Of a stretch of DNA of 64,000 nt, positions 35,800 through 45,314 are shown piece by piece. Below the pieces are notes generated by a model. The model saw only the letters and a program-made list of their open reading frames with translations, had not been told where the DNA came from and ran no database searches. The translations under genes were made by a program, and so were the position numbers. The stretch's first letter is position 1. Each line of letters starts with the position of its first letter. The DNA comes from an uncultured delta proteobacterium (lineage in GTDB: Bacteria > Myxococcota_A > UBA9160 > UBA6930). The stretch is from positions 55,333 to 119,332 of the forward strand of contig CAVXZE010000006.1 in the NCBI GenBank assembly GCA_963766175.1. Direction: 5' to 3'.

Positions 35800-37953
35800 C
35801 TACGGACAGCTCATATTGGCGATTCCGTCGTCCAAGTCGTCGCAGTCCAGGTTGAGGTCGTCGAACGCCTCGATCTTCAAGCATGCCTGGCAACGTGCCG
35901 CTGCGATCACGCAGTCCTCGACCACACCCAGGTCGGGATTGGCGCAGGCACCGGGGAAGGTTGCGGCCGGGTCCTGTAGCGAGCCGCATTTCTTCTCGAC
36001 GCTCTTCACGAGCTTCTGCTCGGCGTTTACGATCTTGTCGTTCGCGGTGAGAATCGCGGTCAGGACCGTCTCAAGCGCCGAGGCGCTATTGACAGACTCC
36101 AGCTTGATGGCCTGCTTCTTGGCCTTGTTGATCTCCTTGAGGACGGTATTCTCAAGCTTGCTGGCTCCCTTCAGCATCCCTAGCTGGCACTTGGCCTCGT
36201 CCTTGTCGCTGACCTTGGTGGCGAGGTCGGCGTCTCGGACCGGAGGACCACCGAAAATCGCGTAGGTCAGCGCCAGGGCTCCATTCACCGCGTGCTGGCT
36301 CACGGCTGCCGCGCTCGTGTAAGCGAAGGTCGGGGGCACGGCGAGCGAATCGCAGTTCTGCTCTTCACTCGTGACCGTTTCTTCCTTGGCCTTCTGCACC
36401 CTGCCCTTGCGGTCGGCGGCGGTACACGCCTGGAAGCTCGTAGTGAGCTTTCCCCTCTGGAAGTCCGCGAGGCACTTCTCGCTGTCCCGGAGCTGAGCCC
36501 CGCCGACCCTCTCGCCGTTCTTCTTCATCTCGTACACGCACGCCTGCTGGTCCCCGTCGAGTTGAGTGCGGGGCGTAGGAGACGGCGGATCCAGGTCCGG
36601 CTGCGTCATGCCCGCATCCTGATCCGAGTCGGCGGGCACGGTCCTCACAGCGTCGCAGGCCTCGAAGGGGACGGCATCGAGGGTCTCTCCTGTGACGCAA
36701 GCCTCTGTGTCGCCGAATGCGATGCCCGTCTGCTGTGTCCTGTAGTGCGAGACCAGGTCCGGGAGGCCGTCGTCATTCACGTCGTCGAGGTGTCCGCCCT
36801 GCTCGTGCGCGGGCGCAGCACCAGCGGGGCCGAAGGCCAGTGTGGTCACGTCGACGTCGGCCACCTGAAAGGCGTCGGAGCCGAAAATGGCGACGGGGAT
36901 GACCCCATGGCTCGAGGGGTTGATCGGGTTCGTGTCGCTGCCCGGCTTGATGTCGATCACTACTGGGGTGGGGGACCCGGGTACCAGGCTGACCGTACCG
37001 GTAACCGCACAAAGCTCCCCGGAAAAATCGCCGCATTGATACACGTAGCCACCCTGATAGAAGTCGTTGTCGACTGGATCACCGGAGGCGAGCGTACCCG
37101 TGAGTGTGCCCGCCATTGTACTGAGGTCCCCGTACGGTACGGAGGTGCCGTCGACCGCAAATCCGCCGCCGACGATCTCGATCAGAGAGGCGTCGTAGGC
37201 CCACAGCCCCGATCCCACCGTGCCGCCGCTCATGGTGATGCTGGAGGAGTCGAATGCGGTGACCGACCACTCCACCCTACCGCCGCGCATCGTGACGGTG
37301 GAAGATTCGGTGGCCAACAGGGTGCCCAGTTCCCCGCCGCTCGTCGTGACCGTGGAGAACCCGGAAACAACCAGTTCCCCAACCGTCCCGCCGCTCATGG
37401 TGAGGCTAGAGGACATCGTTACATCGAGATATTCCTCTACCGTCCCGCCGCGCATGGTGAGGGTGGGAGAGCCGAAGGTCACCACGGCCCGCACGTACCC
37501 ATCGACGATGTCGACGGTGGAGGAGCCACGGGCTTCCAGGAGATACGCTACTTCTCCGCCGCTCATCGTCAGGCTGGAGGCGTCAGCCGTCAGAAGGGTA
37601 CCCAGTTCGACATCTCCGTCGCTCATCACGATGGTGGAGAAGTCGTAGGCAGCGAGCTGCCAGATCGCCGTACCGCCACTCATCGTCACGGTAGACGAGT
37701 CGTGGGCGTCCAGTGCACCCACCCTCCCGCCAGCCGCAACTCTCACTTCGGTCGGATCGCCCGGAGAAGGACAGGGGTCGGCTGGGCTCGTGGCAGGCCA
37801 TCCGGCTGGGCATCCGTAGTTGCGGACGTAGACGGTGTCGTCCGAGTAGGCCGCATCGTCGATCACGTGATACGTGCCATCGTTGATCATGATCGAGCCC
37901 GCATGAGCGGGTAGCGCGAAGAGTAGAGCGGCAAGTATGAGTAGACGGCGCAT
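35800..37953 (-). CDS. Secreted multi-domain protein: beta-helix-like 19-aa repeats, Ig/FG-GAP-like middle domain, K- and Cys-rich helical C-terminal domain
   Basis: Signal peptide [20 protein letters not shown] and GGAGAAGG SD. About ten (S/T)(S/T)x(V/L)TM(S/R)GG units. Middle segment [38 protein letters not shown]. The C-terminal ~250 aa carry about 14 Cys. Confidence 0.8.
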   Translation of the reverse strand: MRRLLILAALLFALPAHAGSIMINDGTYHVIDDAAYSDDTVYVRNYGCPAGWPATSPADPCPSPGDPTEVRVAAGGRVGALDAHDSSTVTMSGGTAIWQLAAYDFSTIVMSDGDVELGTLLTADASSLTMSGGEVAYLLEARGSSTVDIVDGYVRAVVTFGSPTLTMRGGTVEEYLDVTMSSSLTMSGGTVGELVVSGFSTVTTSGGELGTLLATESSTVTMRGGRVEWSVTAFDSSSITMSGGTVGSGLWAYDASLIEIVGGGFAVDGTSVPYGDLSTMAGTLTGTLASGDPVDNDFYQGGYVYQCGDFSGELCAVTGTVSLVPGSPTPVVIDIKPGSDTNPINPSSHGVIPVAIFGSDAFQVADVDVTTLAFGPAGAAPAHEQGGHLDDVNDDGLPDLVSHYRTQQTGIAFGDTEACVTGETLDAVPFEACDAVRTVPADSDQDAGMTQPDLDPPSPTPRTQLDGDQQACVYEMKKNGERVGGAQLRDSEKCLADFQRGKLTTSFQACTAADRKGRVQKAKEETVTSEEQNCDSLAVPPTFAYTSAAAVSQHAVNGALALTYAIFGGPPVRDADLATKVSDKDEAKCQLGMLKGASKLENTVLKEINKAKKQAIKLESVNSASALETVLTAILTANDKIVNAEQKLVKSVEKKCGSLQDPAATFPGACANPDLGVVEDCVIAAARCQACLKIEAFDDLNLDCDDLDDGIANMSCP
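37156..37746 (-). repeat. Intragenic imperfect tandem repeat, about 57-nt period, about 10 copies
   Basis: Recurrent CCGCCGC(T/G)CAT(G/C)GTGA-like cores on the + strand every 54-60 nt. These correspond to the TMSGG/TMRGG/TTSGG units at residues ~90, 129, 166, 185, 203, 221 and 240. Confidence 0.75.
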
Positions 37954-38810
37954 GGATTCCTTCTCCAGTGTCGTCGTATGATAAGCCTTCCCACCGGCTG
38001 GGGGCAGAATACCCCCAGAAATTGCTTGCCGCCGAGCAACGTTCCTCGCCGTGGCAGGAGCCCCACCAGACGGCCGGCGGTGAGGGGAGAAGAGAGCGGC
38101 AGACCCGCTGAAGCTTCGATTCTGTTCTCCCAGCGGCGCTACCCACGCCGTCCGCGGGAATTGTCTCGGCCTGTAGGTAGTCGAGATACCACCCGCTGCG
38201 AGATCAAGCGTGCGACTCCTCCAGCGCGTGAATCCAGAGGAGGCCTACAGCTCGCCGGCCCACTCTCCGCGTGGCCGAGTTGTCGGAATCCGCGTGCCCA
38301 TCATGGGGGCGAAGCCCCCCAGGGGACCCCTCCCGCATCCTGCAATTTGTGAGAGCACCGACCGTTCACGATGGGGGTGTCGTGTGTGGGGGGTACCGGG
38401 GGGATCGGCCTGGCCGCTTGGCGCAGTCGCGCCCAACACTGAACAAGACAAGGCGAACAGTGCTCGCCAGGTCTATCCGCCATACACCTCGATGAGTAAT
38501 TCACTTGCTGGCCAGTCTGCGGCGTACAGTGCGCTGCTGCGAAACGCGCTGAGCTAAGTAAATATCACTACCGTGTGTTACTCAAGCTGCAAGTCGGCGC
38601 ACCGAAGGCCAGCCGCCACCGTCGAGAGATCACATTCTCCGAACAAAAACACGAAAAAGTGTCATATTTTCCTTGAGTTCTTCTGCGAAGCGGCGATACT
38701 ATTACGCATGAGAATGAACCCCCCAAACGCACCACGTTCCTCGTGATCGGACCACGGAGGTGCTGTGATCGACGAGGCCCGATCAGGCGCGCCCGGGGCG
38801 AGCCGGAAGC

Positions 38811-40547
38811 TCACGCCCGGCTGGGCTTCTCGCTGCGCCCCAGCACCAGATGGGGTCGGACGACCTGGCGCTTGCCCCTGAGGCGCACCTTCTCGAGTGC
38901 GCGACATTGGAAGGCCTTTCCCAGGCGCTGGCGGGTCTCGTGACCGATCACCACCTGGCCGGGCTCGGCCACGAAGGACTCGAGGCGGCTGGCGATGTTC
39001 ACCGCATCGCCGATTACCGTGTAGTCCTTGCGCTGCGGCGAGCCGATGTCGCCCACCACGACCACCCCGGAGTTGATGCCGATGCGCATGGCGAGCCGCC
39101 GGCCATCGGGGGCGTACCGGTTCCACTCCTCGAGCATGTCCTGCATTCGCAGCGCGGCCTCCACTGCCCGCTCGGCGTGGTCGGGGAGCTGCAGGGGGGC
39201 GCCGAAGAAGGCCATCATGCCGTCGCCCCGGAACTTGTCCAGGGTGCCGTCCAGGGCGAACACCGCCTCGGTGAAGCGCTCGAAGACCTGATTCAGCACC
39301 TGGACCACCTCCGCGGGGGCCATTCGCTCGGCCATCGAAGTAAAGCCGGTCAGATCGGCGAAGAGGACGCTGACCTCGCCCTCATCGGCCACCATGGCGA
39401 GCTCTGCCATGCCGGTTGCCTGAACGATGCGCTCCACCACTGCCGGGGAGCTGTAGCGAGACAGACGCGCTCGGCTCTCCTGCTCGTGGCGGATTCCGTC
39501 GCGTAGGGTGGCCTGCTCCACGGCCACCGCCGAGAGCACGGCGATGGTGGAGAGCGCCTGCAGGTGCTCGATCTCGAACGGCCTGTCCGGGCGCTGGCGA
39601 TCCACGTAGATGAAGCCCGCGACCCGGCCGTCGCGATACAGGGGTGCGCACATGGCGGTTCGGATCTTCAGCCGGATGATGCTGTCGGCGCCGCCGTAGC
39701 GTTCGTCCCGAGGAGCGTCTCGCACCAGCAGGGACTGCTTGTGCTCGATCACGTCGTTGGCGATGTGGGTGCTGATGACAATGGGATCGTCGGCCCCCCC
39801 CTCTCGGGTGCGCATCACCTTTGGCTCGCTGGTGCCGGTCTCCTCGTCGTGGAGGCAGATCACTCCGCGCTGGGCGGGCAGGTTGTTGAAGACCAGGGCC
39901 AGGATCTGCTCCAGGGTTTCGTCCAGGGAGGCGCCGGCCAGCAGCACCTCCGAGGCCTCGCTGAACAGACGCAGCGGGCCGAGGTGCTCCGCCCAGACGG
40001 AGCCGCTCTGCCGGGTGTTGGTCCGGCCCCTCGGCGCCATTCCGGGGAGTGGCTCTTCGGCCCGATCGTCTTCCACGGGGGCGAGGGCGGTGCGGGTAGG
40101 CTCGGAAGCGGCGTCGCTCTGGGACAGCAGCGAGTCGAGCTGGCCCATGTCGATGAATTCGGTCTGAAGCCGCGGCTCCTGGCTGTCCTCGAAGACCACC
40201 CGGGTAGGCGAGGTGGACGAAGCGGGGCCGATGGACACCTGCAGGCGCACGGTGCCCAGATCGATGCGGTCGCCGTCGTTCAGACTCTGGTGGGTGGTGC
40301 GGAATGTGTTGATCTTGATTCCGTTCTTGCTGTCCAGATCGGTGATCGCCCAGCCGTGGCCGGATCGCGAGACGCGGGCGTGATGGCGCGAGACACTCTC
40401 GTGCTGGAGCATCAGGTCGCAGTTTTGCGCGCGGCCGATCAGAAGGGGGTCCTCCCCGACGAACACCTCGCGCTCCTCGCCTTCGCTCCGGTATCGGAGC
40501 CGGCACACCTGGCGATTGCCCGCAGCGCTGTCAGGGCGCTCCTTCAC
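38811..40547 (-). CDS. FHA domain - GAF domain - class III adenylate/guanylate cyclase
   Basis: FHA (IGR..CDL.L....VSRHHARV....W.I.DL.S.NG). Central GAF-like region. Cyclase motifs VLFADLTGFT, FRGDGMMAFFGAP, GINSG.VVVGDIGS, YTVIGDAVN.ASRLE. GTG start. Confidence 0.9.
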   Translation of the reverse strand: MKERPDSAAGNRQVCRLRYRSEGEEREVFVGEDPLLIGRAQNCDLMLQHESVSRHHARVSRSGHGWAITDLDSKNGIKINTFRTTHQSLNDGDRIDLGTVRLQVSIGPASSTSPTRVVFEDSQEPRLQTEFIDMGQLDSLLSQSDAASEPTRTALAPVEDDRAEEPLPGMAPRGRTNTRQSGSVWAEHLGPLRLFSEASEVLLAGASLDETLEQILALVFNNLPAQRGVICLHDEETGTSEPKVMRTREGGADDPIVISTHIANDVIEHKQSLLVRDAPRDERYGGADSIIRLKIRTAMCAPLYRDGRVAGFIYVDRQRPDRPFEIEHLQALSTIAVLSAVAVEQATLRDGIRHEQESRARLSRYSSPAVVERIVQATGMAELAMVADEGEVSVLFADLTGFTSMAERMAPAEVVQVLNQVFERFTEAVFALDGTLDKFRGDGMMAFFGAPLQLPDHAERAVEAALRMQDMLEEWNRYAPDGRRLAMRIGINSGVVVVGDIGSPQRKDYTVIGDAVNIASRLESFVAEPGQVVIGHETRQRLGKAFQCRALEKVRLRGKRQVVRPHLVLGRSEKPSRA

Positions 40548-40789
40548 AGCGAGCGCCGCTCACGAGCGGGGAGATTCACACCAGGATGGAGTCCGGTCAC
40601 AGCTTCCTCAGGGACGGGTTCTTCTCCACTTATCGCGGGGCTGGAAGGTGAACTTGAGAGGGTCCCTGCTGGCCTCGACGGCGGCTGATTGACCGGCATT
40701 TCCGGCACTGGTAGGTTCCGTCTCGCGGCCGCCTCGCGGTCACCAGCCCGGCGCCACAGCGAAGCGAGTGTCAACAGAGGGAATATCGA

Positions 40790-42208
40790 ATGATTACCTT
40801 CAGCAAGCAGCAGCTGAAAACACCCCGGTACCTGCGGGACGTGTATCTCGTCACCGGCGGCAACAGCGAGTTCCGCCGGGCGTTTCCCGAGAAGCGGACC
40901 GAGGAGCTCTGCATCGAGGCGTTCCAGGAGGCGTGTGACTACATCAACACGACCCCCCAGGAGCTGAAGAAGCACATCCACAGCTGCTACTACGGTCACT
41001 TCGCCGACCACTTCGGCGATCAACTCCTGGGGGAGGCGGTGATCCACGACCGCCTCGGCCTCGATCCCCTCGGCAACGTCGGCATCAAGACCGGCGGGGC
41101 GACCGGCGGCTCCACGCTGTGGGAAGCCGCCAAGGCGGTCGCCAGCGGCTACTCCGACTGCGTACTGGCGATGGGCTGGGAGCGGATGGACGAGGTGCCG
41201 ACCGACGAGGGCAACAACTACATCGCCTGCGCCGCGGACAAGGACTGGGAGACACCGCTGGGCCACATCTACACCGGCTATTACGCCGTGATGGCCCAGC
41301 GTTACTGGCAGATCTTCGGCAAGGAGGAGGATTCCTTCCGCCGCACCATGGCCGAGATCGCCGTCAAGAACCGCGGCTACGCGTGCCACAACCCATTCGC
41401 CCAGGCGCCGATGAAGATCACGGTCGAGGACGTGCTCGCGTCGCCGGTGGTGGCCTTTCCGCTGCGCGCGCTGGACTGCTGCCTGATGAGCGTCGGCGCC
41501 GGCTGCGCCATCCTCGCGGACAAGGAGACCGCCTACGCGCTGACCGACACGCCGCAGCTGATCTACGTCACCGCCGGCTCACACACGCTTCGCGTCGCCG
41601 ACCGGCGTCACATGGAGATTCCGCTGCTGCCCAACGAGAAGGACGATCAGTACAAGGATCTGGGACGAGAGTTTCCGGGCGGCGATCGCTACCCCGGCTT
41701 CACCGGCTTTCTCGCCGCGCGCATGGCCGCCTACTACGCCTACCACATGGCGGGGATCACGGACCCCTGCGAGGATCTGGACCTGGTGGAGCTCCACGAC
41801 GCCTTCACCATCAGCGACATCCAGACCTACGAGGACATCGGCATTCGTCCCTACGGGCGCGGGCGCACCTACGTCGAGTCGGGCGACTGCTACCACACCA
41901 ACCCGAACACCAATGCGCCGGGCAGGCTTCCGGCGAATCTCTCCGGTGGCCTGATCGGCTGCATGCACTCGGTGGGCGCCACCGGCATCATGCAGGCCAT
42001 CGAGTGCATGTATCACCTGCACGGGCGTCACGGCGAGATTCACGGGGACGAGCTTCGCTGGGAGCGGTTCGACAAGCAGAAGCCCGCCGACTGGAAGGAT
42101 CTGCAGGTCGAGGGAGCCAACCGGGCGCTGGCCATCAGTCACGCCGGCGTCGGCAGCCACGTCACCGCCACCATCGTGGCCAACCCCGAGCATCGGCTGG
42201 ACAAGTAG
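40790..42208 (+). CDS. Thiolase-like (SCP-x / archaeal-type acetyl-CoA acetyltransferase) protein
   Basis: 472 aa with a thiolase-fold layout: nucleophile region, and a C-terminal GGL.G.MHSVGATG. The adjacent DUF35 partner is typical for this family. Confidence 0.9.
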   Translation: MITFSKQQLKTPRYLRDVYLVTGGNSEFRRAFPEKRTEELCIEAFQEACDYINTTPQELKKHIHSCYYGHFADHFGDQLLGEAVIHDRLGLDPLGNVGIKTGGATGGSTLWEAAKAVASGYSDCVLAMGWERMDEVPTDEGNNYIACAADKDWETPLGHIYTGYYAVMAQRYWQIFGKEEDSFRRTMAEIAVKNRGYACHNPFAQAPMKITVEDVLASPVVAFPLRALDCCLMSVGAGCAILADKETAYALTDTPQLIYVTAGSHTLRVADRRHMEIPLLPNEKDDQYKDLGREFPGGDRYPGFTGFLAARMAAYYAYHMAGITDPCEDLDLVELHDAFTISDIQTYEDIGIRPYGRGRTYVESGDCYHTNPNTNAPGRLPANLSGGLIGCMHSVGATGIMQAIECMYHLHGRHGEIHGDELRWERFDKQKPADWKDLQVEGANRALAISHAGVGSHVTATIVANPEHRLDK

Positions 42209-42222
42209 GAGGGAGAGGGAAG

Positions 42223-42810
42223 ATGTCGTACAGCGTAGACGTGATCGAAAATCGCTATCGACTGCGGGGCGAGTTCCACAGCATCGAGTCGAACCAGCCG
42301 ATCCGGAACGAAGCTGGGAAGCTCTGCGGGGTGACCAACCCGCGCCGCCTGGTGCATACCCATTCCTACGGCGGTGAGTACGAGTTCTTCTCCGGAATCG
42401 CCGAGGGTCGCCTGATCGGGACCCAGTGTGACAATGCCGATTGCGAGGTCGGGCATGGTTCGATCTTCATGCCGTTTCGGATCTACTGTCCGGACTGCCT
42501 GCAGAGGACCACTAGCGTGGATCTGACGGAGGTGGCGAACCGGACCGCCACGGTCCACAGCTTCATGATCACGGAGCGGACCGGCGCCTTCAACACGCTC
42601 GAGAAGCCGATCAAGTTCATCAACGTCGAGTTCGAGGGCGTCTGCACGATTCTGATGGGCTATCTCCTGCGCGGAGAGCCGGCCATCGGCGATCGGGTGG
42701 TGCCGATCTTCGCCACCGAGCAACCGACCTACACCATCCTGGATCTGGCCTGGGTGCCCGAGGGAACGGCCCCGGGCGATCTGCCGAAGGGTTTCAGCTT
42801 CTCTAAATAG
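42223..42810 (+). CDS. Zn-ribbon/OB-fold (DUF35) protein, thiolase partner
   Basis: GGGAGAGGGA SD before ATG 42223. Zn-ribbon Cys pairs (C.NADC ... CPDC) followed by an OB-fold-like C-terminus. Confidence 0.88.
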   Translation: MSYSVDVIENRYRLRGEFHSIESNQPIRNEAGKLCGVTNPRRLVHTHSYGGEYEFFSGIAEGRLIGTQCDNADCEVGHGSIFMPFRIYCPDCLQRTTSVDLTEVANRTATVHSFMITERTGAFNTLEKPIKFINVEFEGVCTILMGYLLRGEPAIGDRVVPIFATEQPTYTILDLAWVPEGTAPGDLPKGFSFSK

Positions 42811-44437
42811 CGGCCGCCTGTAGTCGCGACGCCCTCCAGGCGCTCCGCGCACGATCGGTGAGAAGGCCGAGACCCACCAGGGCCACGACGATGCGCAGGA
42901 TGAAGCCCACCAAGGGGATGTGCATGGCCACCGTCAGGATCAGTACGCCCACCAGCAGCGCCACGCCAAAATCGCGAAGCCCTTCGGATTTGGGACGGAC
43001 CAGGGAGACACCGATCAGGGCGGCCACCACGATGCCGCTCAGGTAGAGCGCGGTCAGGTAGACGGCCGCCCCGATCAGCGCGATGGGCAGCCCCACCAGG
43101 GTGAGACCGGCGATCGCCATGGCGATGGGAGCGACCAGGAGCACGACGAAGCCCACGCCGAGGGACCGGAAGAACTCGTTCCCGCTGGAGAGCCGGCCGC
43201 TGAAGATCCCCGGCAGCAGCGCGTAGAGGGCCAGCCCGGCCAAAAAGGCCGCGCAGAGTCGAATCAGCAGCCAAAAGTAGAAGGCGGCGTGGGTGTAGCG
43301 GGCGAGACGCCCATGGCGCACGGAGTCGAGGGGCGCGATGCTGGTCTCACCGCCCACCAGGGCGGTTTCGGCGATCTCGAGATCGGATTCGTCGCGCACG
43401 TGGGCGACGACGTTCCCAGCGATACGGGCCGTCGGGAGGATCTTGACCCGCTCTGCCCAGGTCTCGAAGTCCCGTCCCACCGAGCCGCGGATTTCCATGT
43501 GCTTTCCGCCCGTTACCAGGTCGCGGCGCACTTCCCCTTCGAAGCGGATGCGCTCGCCCAGGTGAAATGCGTCGAGGCCGACCCGCGCTTCCGGGGCGAC
43601 CGTCAGGACGTCGCTGACGGTGTAGAGGTTTCCACGAATCTGCGCGTCGACGTTCAGATTCTCGGCCCCGGCGTGGACGCTGCCGTCCACCTCACCGGAG
43701 AGCTCCATGTCCCGGGCGACGGCGAACACGTTGCCTTCGATCCTTCCCCGAAGCGTCATCTGCTCGACGAAGGCGAAGACGTCGCCGCGGATCACACCGT
43801 CGACGCGGAGGGAATCGCCGTTCACGACCAGGGTGCCCTCGAGGGTCTCGTCTGCGGTGACGTGTACGCTCTCATGGAAGCGCAGGTCGACGGCCGAGGC
43901 CTGCGGCGCCGCCGTGACCACGGCGAGCAGCGCCAGCGAGATCGTGGCAGCGCGGCCGAAGCGGCGCAGGACGGCACTCGCGGCAAAGGTCGCCAGCGCC
44001 GCGAGGCTCCCGGTGGCCGCCACTGCGACACAGAGCTCGAGGAAGCCGGGAGCGGAATCCCGAAGCAGGAAGATGAGATCGAACAGCATTTCGTAGACTC
44101 CTAGAAGTCGGAGAGGATTCAGCCAATCGAGGCCCGCAGGCAGTCGCGCCTCGAGCAGGAAGCCGAGCACCAACGCCAGCACGGCGACGACGCCGACGGC
44201 CGCGGGGAGGCCGAGGGCCAGGCCCCGGGCAGGCGCCTCCGCGGTGACGGGGCGCTCCGCTTCCCGCTCCCGCTCCTGGAGGACGTCGCCGAGCAGGCTC
44301 GCCTCCTCGCGGAGGACCACTACCAGCTCGCGGGCACGCTGGGAGCGGACCAACTCGGCCTCCACCTCCCGCATCTCGGCCGGGGAGAGCTCGCCGTCGA
44401 CGTAGGCGCCGAATTTCCACTCGGGGACCGGACTCAT
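42803..44437 (-). CDS. Polytopic anti-sigma factor with a central bactofilin-like (polymer-forming, DUF583-like) repeat domain
   Basis: ATGA overlap with the sigma gene. N-terminal anti-sigma signature (YVDGELSPAEMREVEAEL). About 4 TM, then G(D/N)V-type beta-helical repeats (RGDVFAF..EGNVFAV..SGEVDGSV..RGNLYTV..), then about 6 more TM. Confidence 0.75.
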   Translation of the reverse strand: MSPVPEWKFGAYVDGELSPAEMREVEAELVRSQRARELVVVLREEASLLGDVLQEREREAERPVTAEAPARGLALGLPAAVGVVAVLALVLGFLLEARLPAGLDWLNPLRLLGVYEMLFDLIFLLRDSAPGFLELCVAVAATGSLAALATFAASAVLRRFGRAATISLALLAVVTAAPQASAVDLRFHESVHVTADETLEGTLVVNGDSLRVDGVIRGDVFAFVEQMTLRGRIEGNVFAVARDMELSGEVDGSVHAGAENLNVDAQIRGNLYTVSDVLTVAPEARVGLDAFHLGERIRFEGEVRRDLVTGGKHMEIRGSVGRDFETWAERVKILPTARIAGNVVAHVRDESDLEIAETALVGGETSIAPLDSVRHGRLARYTHAAFYFWLLIRLCAAFLAGLALYALLPGIFSGRLSSGNEFFRSLGVGFVVLLVAPIAMAIAGLTLVGLPIALIGAAVYLTALYLSGIVVAALIGVSLVRPKSEGLRDFGVALLVGVLILTVAMHIPLVGFILRIVVALVGLGLLTDRARSAWRASRLQAAAI

Positions 44438-45135
44438 CGCTCTGCTCCCGCCGCGTCCGCCAGCTCGCGCCGCAACCTGGCCTTGGCGCGGAACAGCAGC
44501 GTGCCGACCCGTTCTCTCGGCACCTCGAGAACCTCCGCAATCGCGGCGTAGTCGAGCTCTGCCTGGTAACGCAGCACCAGCGGAAGCCGGTACTTGGGGG
44601 GCAGCGCCTCGATTCCCGCCAGGAGCTGAACGCGCAGCTCTGCGCTCAGCAGCTGCCGCAGAGGGGAGGGGGTGCCCGAGGGCAGCTCCTCGCGCTCCAG
44701 CTCGCCCGGGTGAAAGATCCGCGCCTCCGTCTGCCGTCGGCGCAGCTGATCCGTGCAGTAGTGGCCGGCGATCGACAGCAGCCAGCGCCGGAAGGGCTGC
44801 CCGGGGTCGTAGCTGGCAAAGGATCGCTGGGCTCGTAGAAAGACCTCGCTCTTGGCATCCTCGGCTGCCGGGAGGTCGCCGAGGAGACGACGGCAGAGCC
44901 GCGCAACGTCCGCGTCGAAGTGCGCGAAGAGCTCCCCGAAGGCCCTGCGCTCGCCGAGCTGGGCCCGTCTCAGCACGGGGCGGATCGCCTCCTCACTCAA
45001 AGCCAGCCCATCCGCACCATCCCCACGGGCGGTCCGGGGCTCGTCCCCGGCCGCCTGGCCCAAGACTACCGCGCCGAGCCTGCTTCCGAGGCCAGGCGCC
45101 GGCACCCCATCCATGGTCATGATCCAGCTCGCCAT
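44434..45135 (-). CDS. ECF-type RNA polymerase sigma-70 factor
   Basis: Region 2 (AEDAKSEVFLRAQRSF, FRRWLLSIA) and region 4 (LPPKYRLPLVLRYQAELDYAAIAEVLEVPRERVGTLLFRAK). Start ATG 45135; 45120 or 45114 are possible. Confidence 0.88.
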   Translation of the reverse strand: MASWIMTMDGVPAPGLGSRLGAVVLGQAAGDEPRTARGDGADGLALSEEAIRPVLRRAQLGERRAFGELFAHFDADVARLCRRLLGDLPAAEDAKSEVFLRAQRSFASYDPGQPFRRWLLSIAGHYCTDQLRRRQTEARIFHPGELEREELPSGTPSPLRQLLSAELRVQLLAGIEALPPKYRLPLVLRYQAELDYAAIAEVLEVPRERVGTLLFRAKARLRRELADAAGAER

Positions 45136-45314
45136 GCCTCCACCCCAATCCGGTTCCTCGCTCCTGCCTCTTCTCCCCTTACTTCTACGAGTCGCTGGCT
45201 CGAGAGTTGCTCTTCCCCCGGGGAATCCGCTTTTGAGTGTAGAATGGCCGGCTCGGAGCGCTCTCTCCTCTGGTGCTCCAACCCCTTCATTCTTCAACCG
45301 AAAGGAAGCGTCCC

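Noticed and set aside
37156-37746. Regular ~57-nt DNA periodicity that could be mistaken for a CRISPR or satellite array.
   Set aside because: The repeats are imperfect, contiguous without unique spacers, and lie in-frame inside a coding gene with a signal peptide. They encode the TMSGG protein repeats.
37954-38810. Search for a tRNA, tmRNA, RNase P, SRP or 6S RNA, or a c-di-GMP riboswitch, in the long gene-free region.
   Set aside because: I could not recognise a cloverleaf, a T-loop GTTCGAATC-like element, or the conserved cores of these RNAs by eye. The region is kept as an open finding and not given a named RNA call.
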